DNA from: Clostridiales bacterium | GTDB lineage: Bacteria > Bacillota > Clostridia > Oscillospirales > CAG-272 | Direction of reading: 5' to 3' | DNA: 64,000 bases | Assembly: GCA_022791685.1 (NCBI GenBank) | Contig: JAAVZO010000027.1 | Location: 8,473-72,472, forward strand | Shown: one piece after another, positions 37,743 to 47,345 of the stretch | Layout of the letters: each line of letters begins with the position of its first letter | How positions within the stretch are numbered: the stretch's first letter is position 1 | Translations under genes and position numbers: made by a program | Notes under the pieces: generated by a model | The model's input: the letters and a program-made list of their open reading frames with translations, nothing else | Told to the model about the DNA's origin: nothing | Database searches by the model: none

Positions 37743-39002
37743 TTAAGCCTCCTTTGGTTCAGTGATGTATCCGGTCAGCGCACTTGCAGCAGCAGTTGCT
37801 GGCGATGCGAGGTATACCTCACTGTCGACGTGACCCATACGACCGACGAAGTTGCGATTGGTGGTAGCAATGCAGCGTTCGCCAGCGGCAAGGATACCCA
37901 TGTATCCGCCAAGACACGGACCGCAGGTCGGGGTGGATACGACTGCGCCAGCGTCGATGAATGCGGTGATATATCCGCGCTCCGTGCATTCGCGCATGAT
38001 CTGCATTGTCGCCGGAATGATTATGCAGCGCACTCCGTCAGCGATCTTCTTGCCATTGAGGATCTTGTAAGCGGTCTCCATATCTTCCATGCGTCCATTG
38101 GTGCAGCTTCCGATAACGACCTGATCTATCTTGATATCCGAGAGTTCGCTTGCCTTGCGGGTATTTTCGGGAAGGTGCGGGCAGCTTACAGTAGGTGTGA
38201 TCTCAGCGAGATTGATGTCGATTACGCGCTCGTACTCAGCGTCAGCGTCGGCAGTGTAAACTACCGGCTTGCGCTCGCAGCGTCCGGTCATATATTCGAC
38301 AGTCTTTTCGTCAACTGGGAATATGCCATTCTTTGCACCCGCTTCAATTGCCATATTGCATATGCAGAGGCGATCGTCCATCGAGAGCGATGCAACACCG
38401 TCTCCGGTGAATTCCATGCTCTTGTAGAGTGCGCCGTCAACGCCGATCATACCGATTATGGTAAGAATAACGTCCTTACCGCTGCAATTAGCGGGGAGTT
38501 TTCCGGTGAGGTTGAACTTGATTGCGGCAGGCACTTTGAACCATGCCATGCCGGTAGCCATGCCGGCTGCCATATCGGTGCTTCCGACTCCGGTCGAGAA
38601 CGCGCCGAGTGCACCGTAAGTGCAAGTGTGGCTGTCAGCGCCGATTATGCAGTCGCCAGCACAAACTACGCCCTGCTCAGGAAGGAGCGCGTGCTCGATT
38701 CCCATCTTGCCGACATCGTAGAAGTGGCTGACGCAGTGCGAGCAAGCAAACTCGCGGCACTGCTTAGACTGTTCAGCAGCCTTTATGTCCTTGTTCGGTA
38801 CGAAGTGGTCAAGTACTATAGCGATTCTGTCTTTATCGAAAACCTTGTCGAAGCCAGCTTTTTTGAATTCGTTGACTGCGACTGGTGTCGTTATGTCATT
38901 GCCGAGAACAATATCAAGCTTAGCATTGATGAGCTGTCCTGCGACTACCTTGTCGAGCCCGGCATGGGCTGCAAGGATTTTCTGTGTCATTGTCATTCCC
39001 AT
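37743..39002 (-). CDS. leuC: 3-isopropylmalate dehydratase large subunit
   Basis: Aconitase-family motifs GADSHT and GSCTNGR...CGPCLG. 419 aa. Confidence 0.9.
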   Translation of the reverse strand: MGMTMTQKILAAHAGLDKVVAGQLINAKLDIVLGNDITTPVAVNEFKKAGFDKVFDKDRIAIVLDHFVPNKDIKAAEQSKQCREFACSHCVSHFYDVGKMGIEHALLPEQGVVCAGDCIIGADSHTCTYGALGAFSTGVGSTDMAAGMATGMAWFKVPAAIKFNLTGKLPANCSGKDVILTIIGMIGVDGALYKSMEFTGDGVASLSMDDRLCICNMAIEAGAKNGIFPVDEKTVEYMTGRCERKPVVYTADADAEYERVIDINLAEITPTVSCPHLPENTRKASELSDIKIDQVVIGSCTNGRMEDMETAYKILNGKKIADGVRCIIIPATMQIMRECTERGYITAFIDAGAVVSTPTCGPCLGGYMGILAAGERCIATTNRNFVGRMGHVDSEVYLASPATAAASALTGYITEPKEA

Positions 39003-39014
39003 ATGAATTTCTCC

Positions 39015-40676
39015 TTACTTCATATTGTTGTACGCACTAATGAGCGCGTTAGCGCTCGCGTGGATGATATCAGTATCAGTACCAGCACCCCAGCTCATTT
39101 CGCCGGACTTGCCCTTGATTCCGATGTAAGCCGCAGCGACGCTTCCCGAACCCTGCTCCTGCATACTGTGTTCTGTATACACCTGAAGCTCGTAATCGTT
39201 GCCGGTATATGCTTTCAGCGCGTTGCTTACTGCGTCGAGCGAGCCGTTTCCGACCGAGTTTATCGTCATTGAACGACCTTCATTTGCAAATGTTATCTCA
39301 GCGCTTACTTCATTTTCGCCGCGCTTCAAGCTCATATTTACGATCGAAATCGGTGAGTTGATGTTGAAGTAGCTCTTCTTGAATATATTGAGTACGTCGG
39401 ATACCTTTAATTCTCTGTGCTCGTGGTCGGACACACTCTTGCATGCGTAGCTGAGGTGCTCACGCATACCTGCCGGAAGCACGTAGCCGTAGGTCTGTTC
39501 GAGAAGATAGCCGATACCACCCTTGCCGCTCTGCGAGTTTACGCGGATAACGTCTGCGTCGTATGTACGGCTGATATCGTGCGGATCTATCGGAATATAA
39601 GGTACAGTCCAGCGGTGGAGTTCCTTCTCCTCGCGGTACTTCATACCCTTTGCGATAGCGTCCTGATGGCTTCCTGAGAAAGCGGCAAATACAAGAGCTC
39701 CTGCATAAGGCGAACGCTCATACACGTGCATTCTGGTGCATTTTTCGTAGGTTTCGACGAGCTCAGGCATATTCGAGAAGTCGAGCTTGGGGTCAACGCC
39801 GTGCGAGTACATATTCATCGCGAGCGTGATAACGTCAACGTTACCGGTACGCTCACCGTTTCCGAACAGTGTGCCTTCCACTCGGTCAGCGCCTGCGAGA
39901 AGTGCGAGTTCAGTGTCAGCTACGCCCGTTCCGCGGTCATTGTGTGGGTGGAGCGATACAGTGACGTGCTCGCGGTACTTGAGGTTTTCGCTCATGTACT
40001 CGACTTGGCTCGCGTATACGTGCGGCATACTCATTTCGACCGTTACAGGAAGGTTGATTATGACATTGTTGTTTTCGGACGGCTCGAGAATATCGAGTAC
40101 TGCGTTGCAGACTTCAAGTGCATACTCAGGCTCAGTTCCAGTGAAGCTTTCGGGCGAGTATTCGAAACGGAAGTTGCCTTCATATTCGCCAGCGAGCTTC
40201 TTTACGAGCTTTGCACCGTCGGTCGCGATTTTCATTATTTCTTCCTTCGATTTGCGGAATACCTGCTCACGCTGAGCTACGCTGACTGAGTTGTAGAAAT
40301 GTATTATCGCACTCGGCGCGCCCTTGCAGGCTTCGAAGGTCTTTCTTATGATGTGCTCGCGGCACTGAGTCAGTACCTGAACGGTCACATCATCTGGGAT
40401 CATGTTGTTGTCAATAAGTGTACGGAGAAATTCATATTCGGTCTCGGAGGCAGCAGGAAAGCCAACTTCGATTTCCTTGAATCCGACTTTGAGCAGTGTT
40501 TTGTAGAATTCGAGCTTTTCATCAAGGCTCATCGGAATTACGAGGCTCTGGTTGCCGTCGCGCATATCGACGCTGCACCATACCGGCGCTTTTTCTATGT
40601 GGTCTTTAGTCACCCATTTGTTGTGTATACCGGGAGCGGGGTAGTATCCCACGCTGTACTTAGTTGAATCCATCAT
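39015..40676 (-). CDS. leuA: 2-isopropylmalate synthase, long (type 2) form
   Basis: WCSVDMRDGNQS and HPHNDRGTG motifs. 553 aa with a C-terminal regulatory domain. Confidence 0.85.
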   Translation of the reverse strand: MMDSTKYSVGYYPAPGIHNKWVTKDHIEKAPVWCSVDMRDGNQSLVIPMSLDEKLEFYKTLLKVGFKEIEVGFPAASETEYEFLRTLIDNNMIPDDVTVQVLTQCREHIIRKTFEACKGAPSAIIHFYNSVSVAQREQVFRKSKEEIMKIATDGAKLVKKLAGEYEGNFRFEYSPESFTGTEPEYALEVCNAVLDILEPSENNNVIINLPVTVEMSMPHVYASQVEYMSENLKYREHVTVSLHPHNDRGTGVADTELALLAGADRVEGTLFGNGERTGNVDVITLAMNMYSHGVDPKLDFSNMPELVETYEKCTRMHVYERSPYAGALVFAAFSGSHQDAIAKGMKYREEKELHRWTVPYIPIDPHDISRTYDADVIRVNSQSGKGGIGYLLEQTYGYVLPAGMREHLSYACKSVSDHEHRELKVSDVLNIFKKSYFNINSPISIVNMSLKRGENEVSAEITFANEGRSMTINSVGNGSLDAVSNALKAYTGNDYELQVYTEHSMQEQGSGSVAAAYIGIKGKSGEMSWGAGTDTDIIHASANALISAYNNMK

Positions 40677-40709
40677 TATATCATTTCTCCTAACTCTATA
40701 TTACATTTA

Positions 40710-41084
40710 TTATATCTCTGCGATCACTTCAACTTCAACGAGAACATTCTTCGGAAGCGCTTTGACAGCCACGCAGGAGCGTGCCGGCTTCGATATGAAA
40801 TATTTCTCGTAAACCGCGTTGAATGCGGCAAAGTCAGCCATATCGGCGAGGAAGCAAGTGGTTTTTACCGCTTTTGAAAGCGAGCTTCCTGCGGCTTCAA
40901 GAACTGCTGTGAGGTTCTTGCAGACCTGTTCGGTTTGAGCCTCAATTCCGACTGCTTCTACAGCGCCGGTAGCGGGATCTATCGGGATCTGTCCGGATGT
41001 GAATATCATATTTCCAGTAACTATCGCCTGTGAATATGGACCGATAGCTGCCGGTGCATTTTCTGTATGTATAATCTTGCTCAT
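40710..41084 (-). CDS. ridA: RidA (YjgF/TdcF) enamine/imine deaminase
   Basis: 124 aa. AIGPYSQA...RSCVAVKALPKNVLVEVEVIA is the typical family pattern. Confidence 0.9.
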   Translation of the reverse strand: MSKIIHTENAPAAIGPYSQAIVTGNMIFTSGQIPIDPATGAVEAVGIEAQTEQVCKNLTAVLEAAGSSLSKAVKTTCFLADMADFAAFNAVYEKYFISKPARSCVAVKALPKNVLVEVEVIAEI

Positions 41085-41099
41085 TATGATTACCTTCTT

Positions 41100-42299
41100 T
41101 TAGTGCGATATAATTTTGAAGCCTTCATCGCGCAGCGACTGCGTGATGAGCTGTACGTGTTCGTAGTTGCGGGTCTCCATCTCGATTCGGAGATAGCATC
41201 CGTTTACGCTCTCAGTCTCGCCTGCGTGCTCGTGGTGAACGCTGGTGACATTTCCACCACAGTCAGCGATTATACGCGATACGTCCTTCAGCTGACCGGG
41301 CTTGTCGATAAGCTCGATAAGCAGGTGACTGGTACGTCCCGATTTCATAAGACCGCGCTGGATCACTCTCGAAAGGCTGGTAACGTCGATGTTGCCGCCG
41401 GATACTATGCTTACAACGCGCTTTCCCTTTATCGGAAGCTTGTCGAACATAGCCGCTGCCACCGAAACTGCGCCCGCGCCCTCAGATATCATCTTCTGCT
41501 TTTCGATAAGCGCAAGTATAGCGGTAGATATCTCATCGTCACTGACGAGAGCGATGTCGTCAACGTATTTGCTGACTAAATCGAACGTATTCTCGCCCGG
41601 CTGCTTTACTGCGATACCATCGGCGATAGTAGCGACTGAATCAAGGCATTCTATCTGGTTATCACGAATCGAGTTAAGCATACTCGGTGCGCCTGCCGAC
41701 TGAACGCCGTAGACTTTGATCGAAGGTCTAATTGCTTTGACTGTATATGCGATACCTGAAATAAGTCCGCCGCCGCCGACTGGAACTATTATTGCGTCGA
41801 TGTTATCGAGGTTGTTAATGACTTCAAGTGCTATAGTGCCCTGACCGGCAATGACATTTTCGTCGTCGAACGGGTGAACGAAGGTATAACCTTCACTGTC
41901 TCTAAGCTCGAGAGCCTTCTTGTAAGCGTCGTCGTAGCAGCCCTTTACAAGGCAGACATCCGCGCCGTATCCCTTTGTCGCTTCTACCTTTGAAATTGGG
42001 GCGCTGTCGGGTAGACAAATCAGCGATTTGATCCCATTTTTCGAAGCGGCGAGCGCAACACCCTGCGCATGATTTCCGGCTGAGCAGGCGATAACTCCGC
42101 GTGCTTTTTCCTCATCGGAGAGCATGGACATTTTGTATCCAGCGCCTCTTACCTTAAATGAACCGGTTATTTGCAGGTTTTCGGGCTTCAGATAAAGCTC
42201 ACAGTCGGGAGCGATTCCGGCTGCACGCACGAGAGCGGTTTCGCGGATTATATTGCGAAGCACGACCGAAGCGTTAAAAACCTTATCCAATGTAAGCAT
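41100..42299 (-). CDS. ilvA: Threonine ammonia-lyase (biosynthetic type, single ACT-like C-terminal domain)
   Basis: The PLP site is LQITGSFKVRGA, with the GGGGLISG glycine loop. 399 aa. Confidence 0.9.
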   Translation of the reverse strand: MLTLDKVFNASVVLRNIIRETALVRAAGIAPDCELYLKPENLQITGSFKVRGAGYKMSMLSDEEKARGVIACSAGNHAQGVALAASKNGIKSLICLPDSAPISKVEATKGYGADVCLVKGCYDDAYKKALELRDSEGYTFVHPFDDENVIAGQGTIALEVINNLDNIDAIIVPVGGGGLISGIAYTVKAIRPSIKVYGVQSAGAPSMLNSIRDNQIECLDSVATIADGIAVKQPGENTFDLVSKYVDDIALVSDDEISTAILALIEKQKMISEGAGAVSVAAAMFDKLPIKGKRVVSIVSGGNIDVTSLSRVIQRGLMKSGRTSHLLIELIDKPGQLKDVSRIIADCGGNVTSVHHEHAGETESVNGCYLRIEMETRNYEHVQLITQSLRDEGFKIISH

Positions 42300-42329
42300 A
42301 AATCATCTTCCTATCTGGTTAAATATATA

Positions 42330-42595
42330 AAAATACCGTCTCAAAGAATTTCTTTGAGACGGGTGCAATTATCACACTCGTGGTACCACTCAAATTGCAG
42401 TCAAGCAACTGCCTCTCTGTAGGATCAAACAATCCCATGCTTTTACGCAGCGTCACGAAAAGCCCTACTATAGTTTCAAGCTTTCAGCTCAGAAGTGAGA
42501 GGTCTTTGAAAAGCTCTATACCGATTCACACCAACCATCGGCTCTCTGAAATATCCCTGTTTCTGACCGTCTTCGTCACAGCTTTTAAATCTTTC
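42330..42595 (-). promoter_or_regulatory. T-box riboswitch leader, probable Leu (CUC) specifier
   Basis: Minus strand carries an AGAGAG/GGTTGGTG stem I motif. The specifier context is GACCT-CUC-AC (CUC = 42499-42497). The T-box sequence AATTTGAGTGGTACCACGAG spans 42397-42378. The terminator CCGTCTCAAAG/CTTTGAGACGG (42362-42336) is followed by TATTTTTA. Confidence 0.8.
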
Positions 42596-42600
42596 AATAC

Positions 42601-42629
42601 ATTATAATACAAAAACGCGTTTTTGTCAA
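42601..42629 (-). promoter_or_regulatory. Consensus promoter of the ilv-leu operon
   Basis: Minus strand reads TTGACA (42629-42624), a 17-nt spacer, then TATAAT (42606-42601). Confidence 0.65.
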
Positions 42630-42649
42630 GTGGTTTCACAAAAAGTTAA

Positions 42650-42685
42650 TAATAAATTCAGCCAGCATATATTTAACGCTGGCTG
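42650..42685 (-). terminator. Terminator of the sigma-fusion gene
   Basis: CAGCCAGC (42659-42666) pairs with GCTGGCTG (42678-42685). On the minus strand AATTTATTATT follows. Confidence 0.65.
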
Positions 42686-42702
42686 TTTGATAAAATAACT
42701 AA

Positions 42703-44379
42703 TTACCTATAGTAAAGTGCGGTGCAGGCTGAGGATGCTTTATAATCTGCTGGTATCTCCAACATATACTTTTCCGGTGCATTTATCGCTTGCCACATAA
42801 CATAGCAGAGCGGGTCGAATGCGAGGCGCATTGTCCAGTTCACATATTCCTCGTACAGATCCTTGTGTATTGACGGCAGCAGCAAGTTGTCGCCGAGCTC
42901 GCCGATCCTTTGAACATATTTGAATGCAAGCTTGCTTGTTTCACGTCGAAGGAGCTCGTCGATGTCGTTCTTGACCTGATACGGCATGATCGGCAATGTA
43001 GGATACAGCCCGCCATCGCGTTTTTCGAGAAAACCCTGCACTATCAGTTCAGCCGCCATGATCTCCTCAACCGATGTAAGCGGTGAGTCGGGCGACTTCA
43101 TAAGGCGCATGATTAGAGCTATATTTTGTTCATTTAGTGCCTTTTCGCGGCTGTACGAGAACGGCTCGCAGTCGTAGAGGTTTGCGTAGGTTATCTTATT
43201 GTACTCCGATGTGCGGAAGTGATGATGGATATTGCTCCACGAAATCGCATTGATTTTCTTGTATTCGAGCTTTTCGCCGGGTAGAGTTACATATGCCGTT
43301 ATGCGGTATGATTTGCCGTTATTGTCAGCTGCGTCCGGTTTGCTGTCGCGGAACAGCTTCGTCATTGTATCGGCAAGCACCGAACAGGCGGATACATAAA
43401 ACAGCCACATCAGCTTGCCGAGCGGAAAATCGTTTCCGTAGTAATCGAAACCGCGCAGCTTATCCTCTGCGCCGACTATAATGTCGCGTATTTCAGGCGC
43501 AATATCGGCGTATACATTCGACAGCTCATGGTTAATGTCGATGTTTTTCTGGCGAGGCAGAACTACGAAGTCGGTGAGGTATTTACCTTTTGAAGCTTCT
43601 TTGATGAATTTATTGTCGAGCAGATATTTTAGTTTCTCTTCGAAATAAACCGGAGCTACGCCGATCTCATCGGCTATCTCACGCACGGTGTGCGCCTTGC
43701 TTGCGCAGATCGCGAAAATCTGCTTTGTCATCAAATCGCTTATTTGGTCCCAATAATTCGGTGCGCTGTAACCGCCGCTGAGCATTACATCAGCGGGGGC
43801 GAATGCGCTTCTTCCTGTAGTTTCCATTGTATATAGCTTCCTTTCCGATTTTTCAGCTCGCTGCAATTTCGGCTTAGCAGTTTCAATAGAAGCTGTCAGC
43901 TGCTCGCTGAGCTGATTCTTTGCGTCATAGAGACGGCGCTTGACTGTGCCGACCGGGATTTCGAGTAGGTCAGCGATCTCGTTCACCGCCATTTCACGGA
44001 GGTAATAGCAAATTAAAATCTCACGGTGAATTCGTGACAGCCGCGACAGATTAAAATTTAATTCGCTGCGCTCTTCCTCAGATATCAATCCATCTATCGG
44101 GTCATCGTCCAACGCTAACAGCTCAGTCATGCCTTCGAGCGACACTGCCTGATTGTATTTCAGGCGCAGAAATACCTTAGTCTGATTTTCGGCGAGCCGC
44201 CAATACCACGAATAGAATGCTTCTATCGGGCGATTCTGCCGCTCGGCGCGATTGATTCCCTCGAGCGCCTGACAGAGTATTTCCTGTGCTAAATCCTCAG
44301 CGTCGCGCTCGTCGGTAAGCCGCTTTCGCGCGTATAGGTAGGTATTAAGTATAAGCTCGTCGTCGAAACGTGCGTCTAT
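42703..44379 (-). CDS. ECF-like sigma-70 family protein fused to a roughly 400-aa C-terminal domain with a second HTH; start codon unresolved
   Basis: Region 4 is REMAVNEIADLLEIPVGTVKRRL. Region 2-like sequence (DAEDLAQEIL...FYSWYWRLAEN) lies in frame upstream of the first canonical start, GTG 44145. The best candidate start is ATA 44379, 6 nt after GGAGGA. Confidence 0.55.
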   Translation of the reverse strand: MDARFDDELILNTYLYARKRLTDERDAEDLAQEILCQALEGINRAERQNRPIEAFYSWYWRLAENQTKVFLRLKYNQAVSLEGMTELLALDDDPIDGLISEEERSELNFNLSRLSRIHREILICYYLREMAVNEIADLLEIPVGTVKRRLYDAKNQLSEQLTASIETAKPKLQRAEKSERKLYTMETTGRSAFAPADVMLSGGYSAPNYWDQISDLMTKQIFAICASKAHTVREIADEIGVAPVYFEEKLKYLLDNKFIKEASKGKYLTDFVVLPRQKNIDINHELSNVYADIAPEIRDIIVGAEDKLRGFDYYGNDFPLGKLMWLFYVSACSVLADTMTKLFRDSKPDAADNNGKSYRITAYVTLPGEKLEYKKINAISWSNIHHHFRTSEYNKITYANLYDCEPFSYSREKALNEQNIALIMRLMKSPDSPLTSVEEIMAAELIVQGFLEKRDGGLYPTLPIMPYQVKNDIDELLRRETSKLAFKYVQRIGELGDNLLLPSIHKDLYEEYVNWTMRLAFDPLCYVMWQAINAPEKYMLEIPADYKASSACTALYYR

Positions 44380-44452
44380 GTTGATTCCTCCGTTATTTGT
44401 AACCGGTTACATATATATGAGTATAGAAAATGTCGGAAAGGTTCGGTATGAT

Positions 44453-44489
44453 TTAAAAAATATTGAGAGTACACGGTACTCTCAATATT
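44453..44489 (-). terminator. Terminator of the lipoprotein gene
   Basis: AATATTGAGAGTAC (44459-44472) pairs with GTACTCTCAATATT (44476-44489). On the minus strand TTTTTT follows. Confidence 0.8.
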
Positions 44490-44498
44490 GATTCGGGC

Positions 44499-44984
44499 TT
44501 ATTCGTCAAGCAGCCATCCGGTTTCTTCGTCGCGCATTTTATACATATCGTAGAAAGATATTAGGGATTTGGGAGACTGTTCATTATTGCAGAAGAACAT
44601 ATAGCTCAAAAATGCGGTTTCGCCGTTCTGCTCAGCTTTGACAATAATTTCGGCTTCACCGCTTCCGGCTCCGCTGCGTCCGCTGACGATTTCGCCGTTC
44701 GTGTATCCTTCTGGAAGTCCCAGCGTACACATACTTGCATTTTCGCTTGTTTTGTCATATACGTAGAATGTAAGTCCGGCTTCAAAAACGCAGAACTTCG
44801 GATTGCCGCCAACCGGAGATACGGTCAATACAGACGATTCAATGTCAGCTGGCAGACTGGCTTTTTCTGTTATGTCGACATCGAATTTGGGTATATAATC
44901 GTCATCAGCTTTGTTGCAGGCGGTGGAACTAAAAAGCATTGCAGCGCTGAGCAGTACGGTAACGATTTTCATTATTTTATTCAT
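44499..44984 (-). CDS. Hypothetical lipoprotein
   Basis: Signal peptide with lipobox SSTAC. 161 aa. Confidence 0.6.
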   Translation of the reverse strand: MNKIMKIVTVLLSAAMLFSSTACNKADDDYIPKFDVDITEKASLPADIESSVLTVSPVGGNPKFCVFEAGLTFYVYDKTSENASMCTLGLPEGYTNGEIVSGRSGAGSGEAEIIVKAEQNGETAFLSYMFFCNNEQSPKSLISFYDMYKMRDEETGWLLDE

Positions 44985-45092
44985 CTTGCCCTTCGAATTT
45001 TATTAAGTTGAATATATTATACCATAATGCAGCCTGGATTGCAATACAAATTTAAAATTTCATATTTTGTGGATAAGAAATGCAGTGAAATA

Positions 45093-45121
45093 TTGACATT
45101 TGATGATAAAAGAGGTATAAT
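45093..45121 (+). promoter_or_regulatory. Consensus promoter of secDF-tcdA
   Basis: TTGACA (45093-45098), a 17-nt spacer, then TATAAT (45116-45121). Confidence 0.6.
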
Positions 45122-45160
45122 AGATAAGTTAAAAGTTTTACTAACGAAAGGAATTACAGC

Positions 45161-46426
45161 ATGAACTCAAAACAGAAAAGCATTTTTAAGCTGACTGCGG
45201 TGTTCGTGGTTATCGCCATACTGGTGCTTGTTGCGCTTGTTGGTGTCGGTGACGCACTGCCCGGAGTTTTCAGCGATGGTGCTATCAACAAGGGACTCGA
45301 CCTTGTCGGCGGTTCATACATTGTCTATGAAGCAGATATTGATGAAGCCGACGAAAATCTCGCTGACAATATGAATGCCGTAAAATCAATGATGCGCAGC
45401 CGTCTTGATACTCTCGGATACACAGAAGGAACGGTCACTTTGTCAGGCGACCGCCGTGTCATTATTGAGATACCGAATATTTCAGACCCTGAGGAGGCGG
45501 TGCAGAAGCTCGGTTCGACCGCAGTGCTTCAGTTCGTCGACTACGAAAATAACGTTATCCTTGAAGGCAGCGACATAGTTCGCGCTGACGCTTCCTATGG
45601 AGACGCTACCGGACGCGGATATCCGACATGGTTTATTAGTCTGAAGCTTTCTGATGAAGCAGTCAAGAAATTTTCCGACGCGACCCTGCGTGTCTCAAAG
45701 CTGAAGGATAATAAAAATTACATCGCGATTACTCTCGACGGCGAGCAGCTTTCCGCACCGTTCGTCACCGAACAGCTCACAATGAGCGATGTAGTTATCA
45801 CCGGCAACTATGACCAAGAATCCGCACAGTGGCTTGCTGGCGTTATTACGTCCGGTCAGCTGCCGTTCGCACTTCGTGAGGTACAGCTTGACTCCGTAGG
45901 TCCGACTCTCGGTGAAAAGGCGCTTTCTACCAGCATTATCGCTGGAGGAATCGGTATAGCGCTTGTAATGATATTTATGATAGTTATGTACCGTCTCCCC
46001 GGTGCGATAGCTTCTATTGCGCTTGTCGCATATATTGCAATGACTGGTATAATTCTTGTACTATTCCAGATCAACCTCTCGCTGCCCGGAATCGCTGGAA
46101 TAATCCTGTCGATAGGTATGGCAGTCGACGCGAACGTAGTCATTTTTGAGCGTATCAAGGACGAGCTTCGAATCGGTAAATCGACCGGAGCGGCAGTAAA
46201 ATCAGGCTTCAAGCGTGCGTTTACTGCGGTGCTTGACTCGAATATAACTACACTTATCGCTTCATGCGTTCTCTGGTACTTCGGAACCGGTACTGTTCAA
46301 GGCTTTGCTATAACGCTGTTCATCGGAGTATTGCTTTCGATGGTGTCGGCGATCATCATCACCCGTATCCTCTTAAACAGTCTCGTGGGGCTCAATGTCC
46401 GCAATCCGAAGCTTTACGGCGCTTGA
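45161..46426 (+). CDS. secD: Protein translocase subunit SecD
   Basis: N-terminal TM segment, a periplasmic-type domain and six C-terminal TM segments with GIAGIILSIGMAVDANV. Confidence 0.9.
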   Translation: MNSKQKSIFKLTAVFVVIAILVLVALVGVGDALPGVFSDGAINKGLDLVGGSYIVYEADIDEADENLADNMNAVKSMMRSRLDTLGYTEGTVTLSGDRRVIIEIPNISDPEEAVQKLGSTAVLQFVDYENNVILEGSDIVRADASYGDATGRGYPTWFISLKLSDEAVKKFSDATLRVSKLKDNKNYIAITLDGEQLSAPFVTEQLTMSDVVITGNYDQESAQWLAGVITSGQLPFALREVQLDSVGPTLGEKALSTSIIAGGIGIALVMIFMIVMYRLPGAIASIALVAYIAMTGIILVLFQINLSLPGIAGIILSIGMAVDANVVIFERIKDELRIGKSTGAAVKSGFKRAFTAVLDSNITTLIASCVLWYFGTGTVQGFAITLFIGVLLSMVSAIIITRILLNSLVGLNVRNPKLYGA

Positions 46427-46442
46427 TCACAGGAGGACATAC

Positions 46443-47345
46443 ATGAAAAACTTTAATTTTGTAAAAAACAAGAATATCTTCTTTATCATCACCGCCGTTG
46501 TTATCGTTCTTGGCGTAGTTTGCATGATCGTGCGCGGCTTCAACGTCGACACTGACTTTGCTGGCGGTACAAATATGCAGGTGCGTATTGGCAAGACGCT
46601 CGATTCAGCTGAGCTTGACAATATACGCAAGATAACCGAAGATATAATCGGTACAAGTGTGTCGAGCGTGCAGAAATCGGGCTCGAACTCAGATGAAGTT
46701 ATTATTAAGATGAAAGAAATCGACTCTGAGACGCGAGCTCAGCTCTTTGACAAGTTAGTCGAGACCTACTCGCTCACGGACGCTGACTTGCTCTCAGTGC
46801 AGAACGTTGGTGCGTCAATGAGTGCAGACCTTCGCCGCGCGGCATTTATTTCGACGGCTATTGCTGTTGTGCTGATGCTTATCTACATCGCATTCCGCTT
46901 CAAGGTCGTATCGGCTGTTGCCGCTGTGATCTGCCTTGTTCACGACCTTGCGATCATGCTTATCGCTTATTCGCTGTTTCAGATTCCAATGCAGAGTACG
47001 ATGATCGCAGCACTGCTTACGATCCTCGGATATTCCATCAACGCGACGATTATCATCTTTGACCGTATTCGAGAGGGACTCAAGCAAGACCAGAAAAAGC
47101 CGCTCGAAGATACTGTTGATGTAAGTATTCACAGCACCCTGACCCGTTCGATAAATACGACAATTACAACTCTTCTCACAATAGGTATGATATACATCCT
47201 TGGCGTAGAGTCGATACGCAGCTTTGCGCTTCCACTGATCGTAGGTATAGTCGCCGGACTTTATTCGTCGGTATGCCTTGCCGGAAATCTTTGGGTAGTG
47301 CTCGATAAGCTATTTTCGAAAATTCGCCCGAAGAAGAAATCATGA
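46443..47345 (+). CDS. secF: Protein translocase subunit SecF
   Basis: Preferred start is ATG 46443 after AGGAGG. The GYSINATIIIFDRIRE motif is present. Confidence 0.9.
   Translation: MKNFNFVKNKNIFFIITAVVIVLGVVCMIVRGFNVDTDFAGGTNMQVRIGKTLDSAELDNIRKITEDIIGTSVSSVQKSGSNSDEVIIKMKEIDSETRAQLFDKLVETYSLTDADLLSVQNVGASMSADLRRAAFISTAIAVVLMLIYIAFRFKVVSAVAAVICLVHDLAIMLIAYSLFQIPMQSTMIAALLTILGYSINATIIIFDRIREGLKQDQKKPLEDTVDVSIHSTLTRSINTTITTLLTIGMIYILGVESIRSFALPLIVGIVAGLYSSVCLAGNLWVVLDKLFSKIRPKKKS

Noticed and set aside
37830-39272. A 480-aa plus-strand ORF spanning the leuC/leuA region
   Set aside because: It is antisense to two strongly recognisable genes and crosses their intergenic gap. Its composition is Arg/His/Ser/Cys/Val-heavy and low in complexity, typical of a shadow frame, with no SD. 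The same reasoning applies to 2115-3002, 22111-23034, 25423-26580, 29665-30549, 31646-32638, 32997-33833, 36627-37268, 50295-51149 and 62859-63779.
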